Shown here piece by piece: positions 25,210 to 38,700 of a stretch of 64,000 bases of DNA. Numbering within the stretch: the first letter of the stretch is position 1; each line of letters begins with the position of its first letter. The notes below the pieces were generated by a model. The model was not told the DNA's origin, made no database searches, and worked only from the letters and a program-made list of their open reading frames with translations. Source of the stretch: Octopus vulgaris (Eukaryota); assembly GCA_951406725.2 (NCBI GenBank), contig OX597815.1:86738001-86802000 (forward strand), in the 5' to 3' direction. Both the position numbers and the translations under genes were made by a program.

Positions 25210-25639
25210 AACAACAACATCAAAAAATACCATAGGAATGAGAATCCAGGTTCGAAATTTCCCCAAGACACCTGATTTATGCTGGAGGGTATATCAGCCG
25301 AAACGTTTTGTTAACAAACAAGATGAGAACAAATATCCGTCAAATGTAAATTATGTACATAATTCCTCATCTCTTGAATATAGAACTACATTCGAATATA
25401 ATATGCAATAAACAGGAGAGTGTAAGAAATTCATACAACTACGGTCGAATGAAAAATTGATATAGAATGCCATTTACACCCCTCACGAATCGGTACAAAG
25501 TTTCAGCTATGTAAGGATGAGAGAACCTCAAATTCCTGGCTACCTTTTCAAAAACAGGCAAAAAAAATACTAAAACTCTAAGAAAATTGAATCCAACAGC
25601 AGAAAAAGAAAAGTATATATTTTGTTGATAGTCCAAATA

Positions 25640-25863
25640 ATAATAATCCTTTCTAATATAGGTATACAAGGACTGAAATTTTAGGGGAGGGGTAAATCAA
25701 TTACATCGACTCCAGTACTCAATTTGTACTTATTTCATCAATTCCGAAAGGATGAAAGGCAAAGTGTACCTCAGCGGAATTTGAACTCAGAACGTAAAGA
25801 CGGACAGAAGGCTGCTAAGCATTTAGCGCGGCGTGATAACAATTTTGCCAGCTCGCCGTCTTC
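25640..25863 (-). mobile_element. SINE family B, full-length
   Basis: Reverse complement of AAGACGGCGAGCTGGC...GTTCTGAGTTCAAATTCCGC...TTTGCCTTTCATCCTTTCGG; (AAT)n tail. Confidence 0.85.
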
Positions 25864-26761
25864 AATAACAATAATTCTCATGATAACTGAATACCGTTAA
25901 TAATCATTCTGGTGGCTGTACTGACATCGATGATAAATATGGTGGCCATGGTATTGGCATAACTGATGATAATTTTGAAATTTTCTAACCTTAGCTGTTA
26001 TAATTTTTCCTTCCTGGCTTCCTTCATGAAACACCTGAATACTAACGCAATGTGTTGCCAGCAGGAGGTACTTCTGTGGAAATGTCAGTTTCCATGTAAA
26101 TTTTTAATTCTGTTTCACTGCAGACATGTCGACTATCTTTATTTCCATTCAGAGTTATCTTCTGCAGGCAAGTCAGTTATTATCATATCGATAGAGGTGC
26201 ATGACTTTAATTAAGCTGGGGATTTTTTTTTCTATATTTATAAATAACACAATATACATTTTATATTTTCTAATTAATAACTTAATAATCATCTAATTTA
26301 AAAAAGCAATTAATTGAAAAGTATATGATAGAGATATTATGCAACATATTTAGTTGATACTTGATTAACATGAATAAAATTATATTGCAAAATTACTAAA
26401 TTACATTAATCAAATTTACAAAGGTTGTGGTGAATTTAATTATTTGTAATATAAGATATTGTAGAGAAGATTAGTTAGTTATTTTCAAAGTTGAAGAAAT
26501 ATATTATGGGTGAGCTATTTTATGATATAAATGCTATGTGACTGATAAGGCTATATATATTGAGTAATACATCTAATACAGGTGTGCATATATTAATAGA
26601 CGTTAAAAATATTTGCTTGATATAGTTATATGTACATGCAAAACTATTTCGCATGTATTAACAGCTACGATTTTAAACATAAGTGATTGTAAAACGTTAT
26701 AAGTACTAATATAGAAACGCCATGTTTAAGAGAATGCGTTGTGCATACGTTAATATATCTG

Positions 26762-26972
26762 CGAAGTGGCAGAATCGTTGCCAAAACCGGGAAAAGTGTT
26801 TGGTCCATTTCTTTCGATTTTACGTTCTGAGTTTAAATGTTGCGGGTGTCAACTTTTCCTTTTATCCTTTCAAGGTCGATAAAATAAGTAACAGTTGAAG
26901 ACTGGGGTTGATGTAATCGACTCATCTCGTCTCCCAAAATTTCTGGCCTTGTGCCAAAATTTGGAACTAATA
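26762..26972 (+). mobile_element. SINE family B
   Basis: TGGCAGAATCGTT...GTTCTGAGTTTAAATG...GTCGATAAAATAAGTAACAGT...GCCTTGTGCCAAAATTTG. Confidence 0.85.
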
Positions 26973-27272
26973 TTTCCATTTCACTGTATTAGCTAAATAT
27001 AAGAATAGATATGATGGGTTTGAGACTGATACTTTTGTTTTGGAATCAAATTTCTTGGTAATTCATATAGGGTTGGAGAAAAATATGTGGTTTAAAATAG
27101 TGGTAAGACATATTTGTGGTCATATGTTTATGTACCACGTTAATTTGTATGTCTTTTACAACGCGTGTATATCTATATAAGTGTGTATATGTATGTGTGC
27201 GTGCACTCGTGTTGCATACTGAGTTAAATGCTGCCATATGACAAGACACAGTAATGATAGTAACGAAGATAA

Positions 27273-27340
<68 letters not shown>

Positions 27341-27747
27341 TTATGAGTGCGTATGCTTATATGTATGCTGGGTATATGCGTATGTTAGGCAATTAATCGG
27401 GAAATATAAGAGTAAGGAAAGTGAAGTCACCACAAGTTCTAGGTGTGTAGAAGAAAACCTAATTATGTGCATATCTAATAAAGAAAGCTATTTTATTACA
27501 GTACTTAGAAAAAAGTCAATTATTAAGGTAATAGAATAGTGCTTGTTTATTTTTTGTGAAAACTGGAGTGTCTATTGTTATAAAGGATCACAACAAGTAA
27601 GGAAGGACAGCGAATGATATAGAAATTAATGGAAGTCTAATAAGTACAATCAGTTCAGTGATAAATAATGATGAAAAATAATAAAAAATAAACAGAATGA
27701 ATTTGTGTGTGTGCATGTGTGTATGTGTGAGAGAGAGAGAGAGAGAG

Positions 27748-27859
<112 letters not shown>

Positions 27860-27943
27860 TGTGTGTGTGTGTGTGAAGTGTACGCGAGCGCGCACGTACG
27901 CAACGTTTACTGGTTCGTATTATCGTTAATATATGTCTTGGGT

Positions 27944-28149
27944 AAGGATGGCGTGCTGGCGGCATCGTTATCACGCCGGACAAAATGCTCAGCACCATTT
28001 CATCCGTCTTTACATTCTGAGTTCAAAGTTCACCTTCGTCGACTTTGCTTTTCACACTTTCGGAGTTGATAAAATAAGTGCCAGTTCAGTCGGTGTCATA
28101 AACTTTCCCCTCATCCGAAACTGCTGGCCTTGTGCCAAAATTTGAAACC
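27944..28149 (+). mobile_element. SINE family B with 16-bp imperfect TSD
   Basis: TSD AATATATGTCTTGGGT (27928-27943) / AATATATGTCTCAGGT (28150-28165). Confidence 0.85.
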
Positions 28150-30560
28150 AATATATGTCTCAGGTGATCGATTTACTCCATCACCCTGTTTCAAGTTATC
28201 GACTGAACCTTGAGTGTCTTGATGAAGTTCCTTATGTTTCAAGCATTGGAGCCAGGTCTCTGATTTTAAGATAACTGACCTTCGTTTTGTAAGCGATATA
28301 AAATGTTAAAGAGATATGTAAGTTATCGAGGCTAAGACTGTATATTTATCGAAGTAATAAATTAGGAAGGCTGAATGAAAGAAAGAGGTATCACCAGGGT
28401 GAGAATAAATGGGAAAGTTAGATATAATTTTTTGAAAATATGTTTTTAGAGAAACCGAAGAGAGAAAATTTAATAGAGAGTCGGCTATTTCGGCCTAATA
28501 ACAAAAAGCTGAAGTAAGTACTTGCAAATTAAGAAAGTTGAGGAGAATATTATGTTGTTTAATGCATATAGAGATCGGTTTACTTCCAGCCTGGTTAGCT
28601 TTCTCACAAATTAGTAAATGTTTTCTTTCACGATTTCTGTATAGGAACACGTATTTTCAGCTTTGCTAACAACGTCTAGGGATATTCGTCACTGAGAAGA
28701 CCAAATAAAATCAAAGCCTCTTGGATGTTTCTTTGAGACAAAATATTGCCGCTAATGCCGTTCTATGACTGTATGCACATTAATGTAAGGCTCTTTTAAA
28801 TGCATATGTTTGTACATTTTTAGCAGAATAATGGAAAAGAGTCCTTAACTTTTGATAGTGGTATTTTATATTTAATATTCAATGCAAAAACGACTGGCTA
28901 AAGGAAACGAAATTCTGATAGGATATGGATAATGTTTAACTTTGAAAAGATGTAACTGCGCAGATTATAAGTGTTGTAAATTGTCTGGCAAAATGTGTTA
29001 GAAATGCATTATATGTATGAGAACGATGATTACTAGTACGTTAATATTAATATTTAAATATTTTGAGTCAATCATTAGTACACATAGTTATATATTTTAC
29101 TTTTTTAAAAAGATGTTTCATGGCAAATGTCAGCTAAGTGAAATGTGGGAGAACATATATGGCTGTACGAGAGATATTATGCTCTCTATCTAATGTAACA
29201 TTTACTTGTCTAATGTTCGATGAACATTAGTATGGTTTTCAAAGGATAAAATTAAAGATTCAAAGTCATCATATTGTCTTTTAGGTTATGTGTAATCATC
29301 TGACCTTATCAAAGGTCAGCTGAGTGAGAAATGGATGAAGAGATAAATCAATATTAAAGGTGATAAGTGGGAGAACAGATGTACAGGTGCTAATGGGAAA
29401 CAACATTGTTTAATGTAATGTAATATTTGGAATTATTATTACATAAATTATTAGCCAATACTGTTTTGCTCTTTATAAGCTAAGAATTATGTTGTCTTGG
29501 TCAGTTTAATTCGTAAAATAAGGAGATTGTTGCAGGTATATCATATTTGTAGTTACAGTAAGGTAGTTGTTGGGAATATCGAGGTAGGAAGAGCCGAGAA
29601 TAAAGGCAATTAGGTTTAGTCCTAAATATAGAAGTATAAGTGCATAAAATGTCGAGTGTTTTCAAAGATATTCCTTGTATTATTAGGAGAAATGTGAGGT
29701 GCATTTAATCATAAGTCAAAGCATAAATGAATAGCTATAATAGTAGCTCGTATATTGAAGTGGATATTGAATTTAATACACAAGTATGGAAGGTTTTAAA
29801 GCCGTCTTTATGTGAACAAAAGTGACAATAATTTACGGTGTGAAACAAAATTTTTACAAAAATATTTTAAAAAGCGAATCATTATCTATTACACACTAAT
29901 ATAGACTAGTTTAGAAAATGATGATGCAATAACAGGTTGTTCTTAAATGTATAACTTCAAAAGTATAATGGTTAATAAATATATTACAGCAGATGGGTTT
30001 TTACAATACTCATAAAAATGGCAGAACACTAACGTCCCGACATAGAGGCGATATAGCATAGATTATCCGGTTATCTACTGTACAGTTATAATTTAATTAT
30101 TTCTTAGATAAAAGGTATAAAATGTTCGAATATTTAATTGTTTCGTAGTTTATCGAAGTAATCAAATATAATATAAAATTGCTTAACACACATACTGGTC
30201 TGTACAACTCGTCCACGAATGTTATCTATTTAACATAACCACTAACAGCCAATATTCACTATTTTACCAAACAAATATATATTTGCCTATACATATAAAT
30301 TCTATAGCATAACATTCTCCTCAACGTACTTCATTTTCAGAAAATTGCTCCATTATTCTTATACATCATCTTCTTATTATTATTATCCTTTTTCTGGGTC
30401 GATAAAATAAGTACCAGTTGCGTACTGGGGTCAATGTATTTGACTCATCCGGCTACCCGAAATTGTTGAGCTTGAGCTGAAATTTGAAACCACTATTATT
30501 ATCATCATCATCATTATTATTATTATTATTATTAATATTTTTATTATTATTATTATTATT

Positions 30561-31161
30561 GAGTGAGAGAGCAGGGCATGCCATCAAAGTGATTCTGGGG
30601 TAAAATATACGAAGCCCAGTATACCCATCATGACTACCCGTCTGATAAGGGTACACCAGACACATGCTTCAGTGACATATGTGCGCGACATAGTGGTCTC
30701 ATATCAAGATAAACAGCGTATGACCTTGCAAGTGGGGCCCAGTTAGAATTTTCTTCTGGTCGAGTAAACCATCCCACTCAAAAGGTTCTTGACTAAAGGT
30801 TGCTTGAGGAAGTCAAACGAACAACCCATGTTTCCAAAGGAGAATTATTCAAACCCCAAAGAATCCCTCTCAACACATGGCTATGATGCCCCCTCCCACT
30901 ACCTCTGCTCGTGATCAGAGATGCACATATCGTCAGCCACTAAGGAACATGGTCAACTGGTTAAGATCAAACAACTGACAAGTAAATCTGTAGTACTGAG
31001 CAGAATATTTACTGTAGTCCATCTTTTATACCAAGACAAATCAATGTACATGATAGCATTTCCAATCAGTTAAGATCAGAAGCCACGAGAGCCACTGCCT
31101 GGTACTGCATCAGGGCATAGATCAGAAGCCACAAGAGACACTGCCTGGTACTGCCTCAGGA

Positions 31162-31163
<2 letters not shown>
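30561..31163 (-). mobile_element. 'Family D' element, apparently full-length copy with 46-bp tandem duplication at its 5' end
   Basis: Reverse complement of 19611-20093 plus extra 5' sequence; (TAA)n on both sides; duplicated unit at 31073-31118 and 31119-31163. Confidence 0.85.
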
Positions 31164-31251
<88 letters not shown>

Positions 31252-31274
31252 TATTATCATTATTATCATTATTA

Positions 31275-31315
<41 letters not shown>

Positions 31316-31321
31316 TATTAT

Positions 31322-32590
31322 TTTCGTATTTTTCTGTCAAGATTACATATTTCAGTAATTGACCAGTTAATGATGTTGAAACTGTAAATCACGACTGGTA
31401 TTGATCGTTTCGATCCTGTTTCTCGCATTCAGCTCTGTCTAGAGTATTGCTCTCACCCTGCGATAACATTCTCTCCTGATCCTTTCCCTAATCACTGAAT
31501 GCCTGATTCCGTCCCCTTCAAGTAATCCTTGGTATTTATAGCTCTCCGCTGGGTCTAACTCTTTAATGACATTCTGCAACTCAAGTTTAACGTGAGATGT
31601 TTCTGTCATTTTTCCTTTGATAAAGCTTTTGCACATTTTTCAAGGCCAGATTGCATTCTGATGTCATCACTGAGTTGTTTAACAAACGCCAGTAACCCCT
31701 TGAGTTTTGGTGGTGATTTTTGCAAAGAGCTTTAAATCATGCATGTAAATGAGATGATTTATATTTTTATTAAATTTTTTATAACCGTACTGTGCATCAT
31801 TGAGCAATTTTGAGAGAGGTATTTAGGCTAAACGAAAGAGGAGTGGTTATAGTGAGTCACCCTGGAAAATGCCACATGAAATTTTTACATCTCCAGCATT
31901 TAGAGATTCATTGTCACTGTTCAAAATCAGTGTGGTTCTCCACGATCTCATACTTACAGAGAAAATGTTTCGCAGAGTTGGCGCTAGTTTATACATTTTC
32001 GGACTTTTCTTAATCCAGCTATATGGTAGGCTATCAAAAGCTTTTTATAGTTTATCCAGGCTATTGACAAGTTTTTGTGTCATTTGTGACAATCTTATAA
32101 GATCATCTTATTGATGAGCAACTGATCTTTACAACCATATGATCCACGTTTACATCCTTTTTGCTCATTAGGGAATATGCTGCTTTCTATTAAAAAAACT
32201 ATAGGTATATTCAGTCAGGACAGATGTTAGCGTTTTATACATAGTAGTTAAGCAGGTTAGGAGTCTATAATATTTTGGTTCATTTGTTTCTTCACTCTTT
32301 GGAAGCAGGAATGTTAAACCATTAACTAGCCAATAGGGTATCATACTAGGGTGTTGCAAAACAACGTTGTAAATTTCTGTTAGCAGTTCATGGTTCTCTG
32401 TGAAGGCATTCAACCAGAAGTTAGGAATGAATTTTATCCTTTCCTAGAGACTTCCATTTGCTTAACCGCTTGAGAGCAGATCTTATATCTGCTACCTTGA
32501 CAACCTCTCACTTTTGCTCCTCTAAGGAGTCTAAGTCTGTAGATATTCTATCAATCCAAGGGGCCTTTTCATTGTGTGTTTTTTTGGGGG
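31322..32590 (-). pseudogene. R4/Dong-type RT fragment bounded by (TAA)n on both sides
   Basis: IPNFWLNAF, LLPKSEETNEPKYYRLLTCLTTMYK, NHLIYMHDLKLFAK, ESYKYQG, RRECYRRVRAIL. Confidence 0.85.
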
Positions 32591-32605
32591 TTATCATCAT
32601 CATCA

Positions 32606-32669
<64 letters not shown>

Positions 32670-32779
32670 GCTAGTAGTGTAACATAGATGACACCTTATA
32701 AACTTCAGCAATACACAACAGTTCTATTTTATCTAGTTTTACTCAAGGTTTTTTTAAATTATAACTGAATCACCTAGAA

Positions 32780-33676
32780 TACAAGGTGCATTTCAGAAGA
32801 TTTGAGATTTTCTTTTTTTTTTTAGACTGGCGCTTGTAACTGCTCTAAATTATTGTAATTTTAGTATACCATTACTATACATCTAGCAAGCTAACCTGCC
32901 AACTTTTGTTATTTCAGACTGAAGGGGACAGCTGTAGCAGCACTTTAAACACAATAAGCACTGCTGGTCACAATCATCTAGTTTGCAGAATGCAGTGCGG
33001 AGGTTTGGTAGCTCGCTATGCAATAAAGTGTTGTGTTAAACTGGGCCAAACGCTAAAGAAACTTAATAAATGCTTCAGATTGCTAATGTATTAAATTCCT
33101 TGCTGGCACATGAGGTTCAAGGACGCTAGAGAGGTGAGAGACAAGATGTGTGGAAAGTAGAGAGACATCTGATCATCAAATCTGGTTGGGAAACTTCGCA
33201 ATCTTCTGGATGTTGAGGATCTTCTGTCTTTAAAGATAACAAGCATAAAGTTGGTGTGGCAACCGTACATAGAATTATTCATAAAGATCTGAACATGCAC
33301 AAAATTTGTACAAAGTTTGTTCCCAGAATGCTCATTGATGATCATCCTGGTAACCAAATACTTGCGAAAGATGGTTATCAAAACTGCCCCTCTCCTACCT
33401 TACAGTGCAGACCTTGCTGCTTGTGACTTTTGACCGTTCCCCAAGCTGAAGGAGACACTTAGGGAGAGTTGTTTTAAAGATAAAGAGGCTATGACAAGGG
33501 CTGTGGATGCCTTCATTTTGAAGGACTTCAATTGGGATTTCACTGTGTGGCTGGAGAGCTACAATGAGTGTATTGAAGTCAGAGGATCCTAATTTGAAGT
33601 AGATTAAAGTTTTGTACTTCTTCGCAATTAATGTCTGAACTGAAAAAGACTAAAAAATTCTGGAATGTAATTCGTA
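32780..33676 (+). mobile_element. Degenerate, internally deleted mariner
   Basis: Termini TACAAGGTGCATTTCAGAAGATTT and (reverse complement) TACGAATTACATTCCAGAATTTTT; remnants RYAIKCCVKLG, KFVPRML, PPYSADLAACDF*PFPKLK, ECIEVRGS*FE. Confidence 0.8.
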
Positions 33677-33965
33677 ATTCTATAATACATATCCGATCCC
33701 TTTGAAATTTTCTATTTACTAATTATAATATTCCTAAGCATACTCTTAGTCGCACTATCTTCGGAATCTATTCGACCTTAAGTTAACTTGATTTACCAAG
33801 AACGTATTCGTTATATTTGATCGTGAGAATAAATGTATCTTCCATTCTACTTTTCTACCAATTTCTTTCTCAAATACATATGATACATCACTCTCTACAT
33901 CGAGAACCATAGTTTCCATAACTTCGAAGTATATTCAACAAACAGCTTAACGGTAATTCGCAAGC

Positions 33966-34035
<70 letters not shown>

Positions 34036-34644
34036 GCATACCCACGCACGTGTGTATGTATTATATATTCCTTTCTAATTTTGATTATTATTTATTATCT
34101 CCATACACAATGTATTACATGCTATTCCTTTCTCCGCGTGTTTTACTCCATTATAACCACACAGATTATAGTTTTCACAGAATGAGAATGCTTCATTCTG
34201 TTACTTTAAATAGTTTTCTATATGTTTGCAATTACATAAACCCACATGTTTATTTCTAATGATATACAGTAATCTTCTGAAATAGTCTTCCTATTAAAAA
34301 ACACATTTAACTACTTAATATGAACATACATTTGTCTAAAATCTACGTCTTTCAGTTGAACGAATAACTTTCTTTCTATCACATACTTACAGTGATATAT
34401 TTTATTTTTTCGCCCATTAAATATTTCTCGAATATTCTAGTATTCTATTAATCAATTAAGAGGATTCATTGTGAATAATTCTAAATTAGGATGCCTCAGT
34501 TTTTATTTTCCAACCAAAACACCTAACCTGCCCACAAAATCCAACATACATATTTCGCACCATATAATGATGTTACAGTGTCAATATGTATGTATGTATA
34601 TATGCATGTATGTGTCATTAAACTGTGTACATATCTTCTCCATT

Positions 34645-34950
34645 ACTTTCTTTTTAAGCCTGGTACTTAATTTATCGGTCTCTCTTGCCGGACCGCTAAG
34701 TTACAGGAAGGTAAACAAAACAACACCAGTTGTCAAGCAGTAGGGGCGGGGTAAACACAGGCACGAAGACAAACAGAAAGTGAGAGAGAGTGAGAAAGAG
34801 GTATACAACTGGCTTCTATCAGTTTCCGTTTACCAAATCCACTCACAAGGCTTTGGTCGGCTCGAGGCTATAGCAGAAGAGATTCAGTGGACTGAACCCT
34901 GAGCCATATGATTGGGAAGTAAACTTCTTACCATGCAGCCATACCTGCAC
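34645..34950 (-). mobile_element. SINE family A variant
   Basis: CCAAATCCACTCACAAGGCTTTGGTCGG, GGACTGAACCC, CCGCTAAGTTAC shared with other family A copies. Confidence 0.8.
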
Positions 34951-35546
34951 CGAAAAAGATTCCTTTCTTTCTTTACTTTCTGCCTAAGTCAAAACTCACA
35001 CCGTCTCCAAACACTGTCTTTGATGTAATGAAGTAATTTGCTTGTTAGTTCAACAGCTTATTCTGAATATATGAAAATGTAAGACAGACAGAAGGAGAAG
35101 AGGAGAGTGAGGAAAAAGAAGAGATAAACAAGTAAGAGAAAGGATAATTCAGAAGACCATATCGTTCGACCGAAACATGGTCACTCAGCATATTGAAAGC
35201 AATAGCTAAATTTCTTGCAAGCGCACACTACTTTCTGGGAGATAATGGATGGGATTATTGTGACTGTAATATCGTTCATTATATATTTTTTTCAGTACTA
35301 CTTATCTGGAAATATGACAACAAAATTTATCTCGTGGTCTCAGAGTGTAGACACTTCTTATCAGACATAACAACCAAATTTCCCTCAAAACAAACACTGC
35401 TGTCTTAAATTACAAAGCGACGTATGGAAGGTTTTCTCCCGCATATAAAAACCGTCAAGATAATAAATCTATATGTACGTGTGTGGGGGGGTTTATATAT
35501 CTACTAATACACACACACATACTTATGTATATATGTATATATATAC

Positions 35547-35582
<36 letters not shown>

Positions 35583-35719
35583 GTACATACATATAGATAT
35601 ATATGTAACTGTTGCGCAGTACAGTCAACACCGAATGCAAATAATATACATATATTATATAATATATAATAATATATATTAATAAACATATATTAATATA
35701 GAATGCTGGGTAAAATTGG

Positions 35720-36520
35720 GGTTTACATCTTAGTGTAGGTTCATCTTTTCGGTTCTTAAGTTTATGATAAACTGTTTGAAAATGTTGCTATAAATTTCTT
35801 TTTCTCCTGTTTTGTCAAGTGGAAAGCTAACATTTACAACCGAAAAACCGTGCCGAATTGTTTTTGCATTTGTCAGGTCAGGGATGTTGTTTTCAGCTTT
35901 TTGCTTCACTAATTTTCTTATCATATATCAGCCGCAATGTGTTCATCTTTTCCTATTCCATATTGCTAAGGCTACTACAGCATACGTCATAGGGAGGTAG
36001 CATTTGGAGAGTATTCCCTCGTAGTTAGCTATGAGTAAGGCGGGGGTTTTGCATAATCGACATGTTTGTAAGCTGGTATGTTTTGACTTTCATGCAGACT
36101 GGAGATTTATAGCTTCGAGATAACATCTACGTATCTCTTCCAGGTGTGATATTATAAGCTGCTTTGTAATCCATACTAGTCTTTTGAAAAGCTATATCCT
36201 CTATATTGTCTATGTTTTCGTTCTAAGTTCCCATATACAGCCTCTGCAGTCAGCAGAGCTATATTTCGATATTATGTTTACTAGGTTTTCCAATATTCAT
36301 CAGAGAGAAAATTGTCTTAGCTGCTCTGACGATGTTATTATTTTTTGTGCTTATTTGCTTGCAAACCAAACATTTGTTGTGCTTTCTCAGCTTGTGATGC
36401 TTCAGAATGCGAAACGTGTCCTCACAGGATGCTAATACAAATTAAAAGCCAGCCTATGTCTTTTCAAACGCAGCAAACATATTGTTAATAAATGCAGTAA
36501 CTCACTGTTTTCTGAATCCT
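35720..36520 (-). pseudogene. Highly decayed Penelope (Neptune-like) RT/GIY-YIG remnant
   Basis: Order of vestigial minus-strand motifs IVRAAKTIF..YWK, SADC, QYRGYS (like LYRDDG), LIIT..VD, KEIY..FKQ fits Neptune-type PLE proteins; very degenerate. Confidence 0.4.
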
Positions 36521-38107
36521 CTTTCATGATGTGACAGTTTTTTTATAATTCATTTAAGGCACGGTAGACAAATTTCCTTACCACTGCATTACAAATACGA
36601 AAAGACCAATATAATTTTTTTTGTATGCGCGTGCATACGTACGTGTGTCTCTGCGTGTGCATCATGATTATAATTAATATGTCTGGCGAAAATTTCTTAA
36701 GAATATAGGTGCCAGTTTCTCTCCACGGTTGAGTAGCAAATTAAGAAAATCTTACTTTGTGTCATTCATATAATGAATGCTTTAAGAATTAATGCAAATG
36801 TTCAAATTTTCTTCGCAATCAACCAACTTATGGAAGCAGAAATTAGAAGCAACGGCTAAAAAGTTAATATCATTCAAAAAGATATGAAAAAGCATGAAAA
36901 CAAGAAAAAAGAGACAATTTCCATTTTTCAGCATCTTGTCCCGATTTTTCTACAATTCCAAATGTGATGGAAGTGTATGAATTTATTTATTTTATATTTT
37001 CTTCTTTATTTCTTTGATTTTAGTTTTTTTACAAATAACCGTTAAGTTTGCTAATATAATGCTTAAAATATTTTTAAATTGCCTCATTCATTAATTTTTG
37101 TTTTCTAATTCTTTCCGCAGTTTTACTGGATTTTATTTTTATTTTAGATATAATCCAATAGTGTGTTCCATCATCAGAATAAAAATGAAATCACTTTATG
37201 CAAAAATTCCTCATCAATAATAATTTTTATTAGAATTTTTTTGCTTAATTTGATTTCATCTGTTTATTTGTCTATTCATTGGAATTTTGTTGTTGTTTTT
37301 TGTTTGTTTAGCTTGAGATTTTTGGTACTGTTGTCTTTGTTTTCTTTCTTCTTCCTGTATTTGATTTTAAACAAAATATTTCCGTGAAGTGGGATTTCTT
37401 CAACCACGACTGCTCAACACTAATTTTCTATATTTCCTATTTGAAATAAATTTAACATCCATTAATTATTGCATTATGGCTAGCTTGAGAGTGGTTAAAT
37501 GGCGGACTGGTAATGTATTGGATAAAATGCATCGTAATACTTTATCAAGCTGAGTTCAGATCTTATTGAGGTCGAATTAAATCCTTTTCCCTAACAACCC
37601 CCATCCCACTTTTGGTATGATAAAAGCAGTTCAGCCCTACCACTTTTATCTTACTCTGCATCTAAGACTAGATTATTAAATTTTTCTCTTACTTTTAAGA
37701 CAGGAGGCGAATTTCATTGCTATATCCAGCAGTTCGAACGACAACATAGAAGAACTTTCGTTTGTTTGTAGACTTTGACATTTAACTTTCGGTGCCTATA
37801 GGAAAAGTTGGGTCAACTGATTATATTTATACTTTCCCTGTTTTTCCATGTATCAATACAAAAAAGCCTTACATTGAATGATTGATGGTAATACAAATAG
37901 AGTCCTGTATTAAAAAAAGAAACTTTACGCACTTCCAGTGAATAGAAATTCGTTTAGATTTGTCAGTATTTGCAATTGTGTCATAATTTCTTGTCAAAGG
38001 ATCACTGAAAAGCCGAGCCCGCTTTTTGTATTTTGTAAACGGTTATTAAAGCTGTGTAGATGGCCAAAACCGTAGTTCTTAGACGAAGTAATCCACCAAG
38101 CAGAGAA

Positions 38108-38327
38108 TACGATGGGCTGCTGAAAAGTTTCTGGTTCTAAGGGTGTTGCGAAAGGCCTGGTTGGAGATCCAACCTTCCGAGTTTTTTACAGGGCTTAGAA
38201 AAACTGAAGGACCGCTGCAATAAGTGTGTGAATCTGAGAGAGGAAGATGTTGAATAAGATCACAATTAACTGATCCTTCTGTATTTTCTTTTACCCAAAG
38301 CCTGAAATTTTTCAGCACCCCATCGTA
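38108..38327 (+). mobile_element. 220-bp mariner MITE
   Basis: TIRs TACGATGGGCTGCTGAAAAGTTTCTGG / (reverse complement) TACGATGGGGTGCTGAAAAATTTCAGG with TA TSD; interior resembles a transposase C-terminus remnant. Confidence 0.85.
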
Positions 38328-38499
38328 GAGGTTTTATTTTCTCTTTGTCATCCTTTACCTTTTCAACAAGAGATATTGTGAACGTAAAATATCTTTTCCC
38401 AACATTGGTCAATTCGCCTTTGCTATTGGCTCCAATACATTACGAACTGAACACTTCCATTAAACTAACGCAGTATCTGGTTAGATTCTCATTAATGAG

Positions 38500-38700
38500 G
38501 AAAATATAATTTACGTGAAAATTGTCCAACACTTCTCCCATAAATTTCCTGTTATAGAACTTACTACATTAACCTTTGCTGATAACACTGCAACTTTAAA
38601 TGAAAACTACTCGACAGCTCGAAAACAACTAGAAAGTTTTCATACATCTGCAAGAGTGAGACTAAAAATCATAAATTAACATAAGTAATGTTTATTTGGT
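38500..38700 (+). pseudogene. Decayed LINE reverse transcriptase motif C/D remnant
   Basis: From 38557: ELTTLTFADNTATLNENYSTARKQLESFHTSARVRLKIIN*, like LxFADD...GLxIN. Confidence 0.5.

Larger units (their letters stand above)
21658..25386. mobile_element. Inverted dimer of a tRNA-headed, hammerhead-containing SINE-like unit; 14-bp TSD; left arm interrupted by Dong
   Basis: TACATTCGAATATA at 21644-21657 and 25387-25400. Left arm on minus (25103-24959 head + TAA, resuming 21840-21658) is the reverse complement of the right arm on plus (25104-25358); the right arm has about 28 extra 3' nt. Confidence 0.85.

Noticed and set aside
28200-30000. Purine-skewed stretch suggestive of an old L1/Tx1-like LINE
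   Set aside because: No motif clear enough to support a call.
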